From positions 1 to 63,333 of the forward strand of contig CAZNYB010000010.1 in assembly GCA_964577155.1 (NCBI GenBank): 63,333 bases of DNA. Reading direction: 5' to 3'. This document shows positions 60,530 to 63,333 of this stretch, in pieces. The translations under genes and the position numbers were made by a program. This DNA comes from an uncultured Thermomicrobiales bacterium (GTDB taxonomy: Bacteria > Chloroflexota > Chloroflexia > Thermomicrobiales > CFX8). The notes under the pieces are model-generated. The model was not told the origin of the DNA, made no database searches, and saw only the letters and a program-made list of their open reading frames with translations. The number at the start of each line of letters is the position of its first letter. Positions within the stretch are counted from its first letter, which is position 1.

Positions 60530-61624
60530 ATGGGAAGTAACGACAGACTGCGAGTTGGGTTAATCGGCGCGGGAACGATCGCCTTTAGCGCGCATCTGCC
60601 AGCAATTCAAACGCTCCGAAATTCAATAGAACTGGTAGCAGTTGCGGATATTCGAGAAGAAAACGCCGAAAAAGCTGCCAGGGATTTTGGCGCATCAGCA
60701 TGGTATTCAGACTACCGGCAACTACTGGAACGAGACGATCTGGATTTCGTTGATATCTGTACTCCAGAGTTTCTCCATGCCGAGCAAACGACGGCTGCGG
60801 CTGAAGCAGGATTGCATGTGCTCTGTGAAAAGCCGATGGCGCCAAGCCTGGCCGACGCCGACGAAATGCTAGACGCTTGCAAACGCAACAATGTCTGGCT
60901 GATGATCGCTCATTCCCGCCGGTTCACGCCAAGGTACCAGCGCATCAGAGAAGCGATCGATCGTGGAGAAATTGGCGAAGTCCGGTATGTCAGAGAAAAC
61001 GAACGCCGGCCGGTTGCAATGTACGATCAACTGGATGTCGCCACTAGCTACTGGGAACCCGAAGGGGGCGTTCCCTGGATCGCAATGGCTGAATTCACTC
61101 ATGGAGCGGCAATGACCAACGCCATTCATGAAACCGATCTGGCACGCTGGTTTGTAGGCAGGCAACCGACATCGATATTTGCCGAAGCACGCAAAACTGA
61201 CGATAGTTTCGCTACTCCAAACATGCTGAGTTACACCGTCACCTTTGAGAACGGGGCGGTTGCAGCCAGCGAAATCGTGAATCAACTGCCGCGAGGCTAT
61301 CAGTACTTTCATCTGATGGAGGTGATCGGCACCGAAGGCCGTATCCGAGCTGGCGACCAGGACATGCAGTTGTTGACCGCTGCCGGAATACATGGACTCA
61401 ATCAGCCAGCCAACATGCATGTGTTGTTGCACGTCGATCAGGCTTACGTCAATGAGATTGCAACGTTCGCACGGGCAATCCGTAGCGGACAACCACCTGA
61501 ACTTAGCCCGCACGAAGCCCGGGACGCCGTTGAACTGTCTGTCGCTGCCGTTCTATCAAGTCAACGAGGTCTACCAGTGACGCTACCGCTGCCGGAAGGA
61601 GTGGATTTGCATGTCAGCTCGTAG
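60530..61624 (+). CDS. Gfo/Idh/MocA family oxidoreductase
   Basis: GLIGAG, ICTP..H, CEKP, HSRRF, HETDL. Confidence 0.92.
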   Translation: MGSNDRLRVGLIGAGTIAFSAHLPAIQTLRNSIELVAVADIREENAEKAARDFGASAWYSDYRQLLERDDLDFVDICTPEFLHAEQTTAAAEAGLHVLCEKPMAPSLADADEMLDACKRNNVWLMIAHSRRFTPRYQRIREAIDRGEIGEVRYVRENERRPVAMYDQLDVATSYWEPEGGVPWIAMAEFTHGAAMTNAIHETDLARWFVGRQPTSIFAEARKTDDSFATPNMLSYTVTFENGAVAASEIVNQLPRGYQYFHLMEVIGTEGRIRAGDQDMQLLTAAGIHGLNQPANMHVLLHVDQAYVNEIATFARAIRSGQPPELSPHEARDAVELSVAAVLSSQRGLPVTLPLPEGVDLHVSS

Positions 61625-62369
61625 TCAACTCACCGTCATTGGTTCGGATCCACTGGCTGAGGCAATCCGAAATCTCGCTCACCCACCAGAGCTGGCCGAG
61701 CCAAGAACGCTCGTTACATCCGGAACATCGGTCCCAGACGGAGCAGTTGCTACCGGCATGGCAATGTTGTCTCCGGATGCCGTTGATCTCCTTCCGGAAT
61801 ATCTCTCTTTCAATGTCATGAGCGAAGTGCGAGAACTGGTAGCGTCTAGAGAGTGCGGCACGATTTATGGAGGCTACGCTTCACATCGCGTTGAAAGCCT
61901 TACAACGCGAGAGGAACTCAGCGAATTCGGATTGCTTCCAGTACTGAGCGTGATGCTGGCCCTCTTTCCAGGACCGGTGGAACGGGTCTGGGCGACGACG
62001 GCAAACATACTCAGTTCCGCTGAACCAGATGCCTGGTTCGTCCATATTCGATTCGCCGATGATCGATTGGTAACGATCGAAGTGCTGGCAGTGAACGATC
62101 TCAATACCGGAGATGAATTGCTGGTCGAAATCACCGGTTCAGAAAAAGTGCTCCGGGTTGAACCAATGCGGCAATCTGTCTGGGTTGAGCGCTGGAATGA
62201 GCCATCGATTCGACGTCTCTGGTGGGAAATCCCGGCCGAGCGACTTGTCGGACTGCTCGCGAACGACAGCGTTGTCTCGGGAGATGGACCACGGCTACGC
62301 CAGATCTGGGATGCGGTCATTCAGTCAAGCAATTCCGGGATGCCGGTCACGTTTACTGAGACCGGTTAG
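61611..62369 (+). CDS. Degenerate Gfo/Idh/MocA-like protein
   Basis: Overlaps the preceding gene with a GGAG RBS; C-terminal beta-sheet pattern (PVERVWA, VEITGSE, AVIQSSNSG.PV) resembles the Gfo C-terminal domain. Confidence 0.6.
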   Translation: MSARSQLTVIGSDPLAEAIRNLAHPPELAEPRTLVTSGTSVPDGAVATGMAMLSPDAVDLLPEYLSFNVMSEVRELVASRECGTIYGGYASHRVESLTTREELSEFGLLPVLSVMLALFPGPVERVWATTANILSSAEPDAWFVHIRFADDRLVTIEVLAVNDLNTGDELLVEITGSEKVLRVEPMRQSVWVERWNEPSIRRLWWEIPAERLVGLLANDSVVSGDGPRLRQIWDAVIQSSNSGMPVTFTETG

Positions 62370-63288
62370 ACCTGCTAGTTAGAACGTCTTGAATCAGCCC
62401 AATAGTCCGTTGAAACAGACCGCTTTCCGAACTGTCCAGCCAGAATACGTCTTCGAACTTCCTGAACCAGGTCTCTTGATGGCGCACGTACCGGTGGGTG
62501 GCGAAGCTGGTCAACTCGATGGCTTCCTCGACATCCAGTTTGCCGAGAATGACATCCCTGGCTTCCCGGTAGCCGATGGCGCTCATTGACGGAAGTGATG
62601 GTTCAACGTCTAGAAGTTCTCTCGCCTCATCAAGGATTCCGTGGGTGAACATCCAGTTCACACGCCGGTCAATACGCTGGTACAGCCGGTCTCGATCCTG
62701 GAACAAACCCAGTCGCAACATATCATAGGGAGGCGGCTGCTTTCCCTCAAGTTCGCTGAGCGGCTCACCGGTCGCTTCAAACACCTCAATTGCCCGAATT
62801 ACACGACGTTTGTTATTCGGATCAATTCTGGAGGCAGATACCGGGTCGACAGCTTGCAATCTTTCATGCAAAATATCGCCATTTTCAAGCTCCAATCTGG
62901 CGCGCAGCTCTTCGTTTGGAGCTACCCTCGGAACTCGCCAGCCTTCGATGAGCGCGCGAAAGTAGAGCGGCGTACCACCTACGACGAACGGCAGTTTATC
63001 CCGCTCCTGGATTTCTGAGATGAGTTTTCTGGCGGCATCGAGGTATTGAGCGAGTGAAAAGGATTCAGCAGGCTCGACGATGTCGACCAGATGATGCGGC
63101 ACGGAAGCAAGCTCATCAACAGTAGGTTTCGCTGTGCCGATATTCATGCCCCGGTAGAGATATTTTGAATCAGCGCTGATGATTTCAAGGTCGAAGTGCT
63201 GAGCCAGTCTCAACGCCAACCCGGATTTTCCGGTTGCAGTCGGCCCAAATATGAAGACTACCGGTGATGACGCCCGCCTGGCTGGCAT
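62353..63288 (-). CDS. miaA: tRNA dimethylallyltransferase
   Basis: GPTATGKS, ISADS, IGTAKP, PHHLVD, VGGTPLY, RRVIRAIE, AIGY, RHQETWF. Confidence 0.97.
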   Translation of the reverse strand: MPARRASSPVVFIFGPTATGKSGLALRLAQHFDLEIISADSKYLYRGMNIGTAKPTVDELASVPHHLVDIVEPAESFSLAQYLDAARKLISEIQERDKLPFVVGGTPLYFRALIEGWRVPRVAPNEELRARLELENGDILHERLQAVDPVSASRIDPNNKRRVIRAIEVFEATGEPLSELEGKQPPPYDMLRLGLFQDRDRLYQRIDRRVNWMFTHGILDEARELLDVEPSLPSMSAIGYREARDVILGKLDVEEAIELTSFATHRYVRHQETWFRKFEDVFWLDSSESGLFQRTIGLIQDVLTSRSNRSQ

Positions 63289-63333
63289 ATTGTACGTACA
63301 CCCCATCATTGCTAGACTTGGTTTCTGCGAGTT

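Overview
A gene-dense, mostly housekeeping chromosomal segment (about 55 CDS). Gene content and style (Tat-exported peptide-ABC lipoproteins with acidic linkers, alaS-'baseplate J'-ruvX-darA order, hspR-clpB, AGAAC-N4-GTTCT SOS box) point to a Chloroflexota bacterium, most likely Thermomicrobiales; this is inference. Recognisable genes: purM (partial), hflX, plsC-like, cmk, rluB-like, hisC, rph, rarA, tsaC, uvrC, alaS, ruvX, darA-like, hspR, clpB, hutH, hutU, comM/yifB, a small exopolysaccharide cluster, gmd, two tandem peptide ABC substrate-binding proteins, pyk, argG, mutY and miaA. I saw no tRNA, rRNA, CRISPR array, integrase, transposase or prophage. The most notable observations are: (1) an unannotated 64-aa two-helix membrane protein behind a near-consensus sigma70 promoter carrying three tandem LexA-type boxes, a candidate new SOS effector such as a division inhibitor or toxin; (2) an ~80-aa alpha/beta domain apparently shared between the N-terminus of the membrane-anchored baseplate-J-like protein and the C-terminus of an AI-2E transporter 28 kb away; (3) a 10-bp palindrome TGTACGTACA recurring in promoter regions; (4) several apparent pseudo- or re-purposed enzymes (PBP without SxxK/KTG, BY-kinase without Walker A/B or Tyr cluster, one-cysteine racemase-fold enzyme); (5) a HIT-Nudix fusion and a perfect 20-bp inverted repeat between uvrC and alaS. 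All family assignments are by visual motif recognition, not database search.
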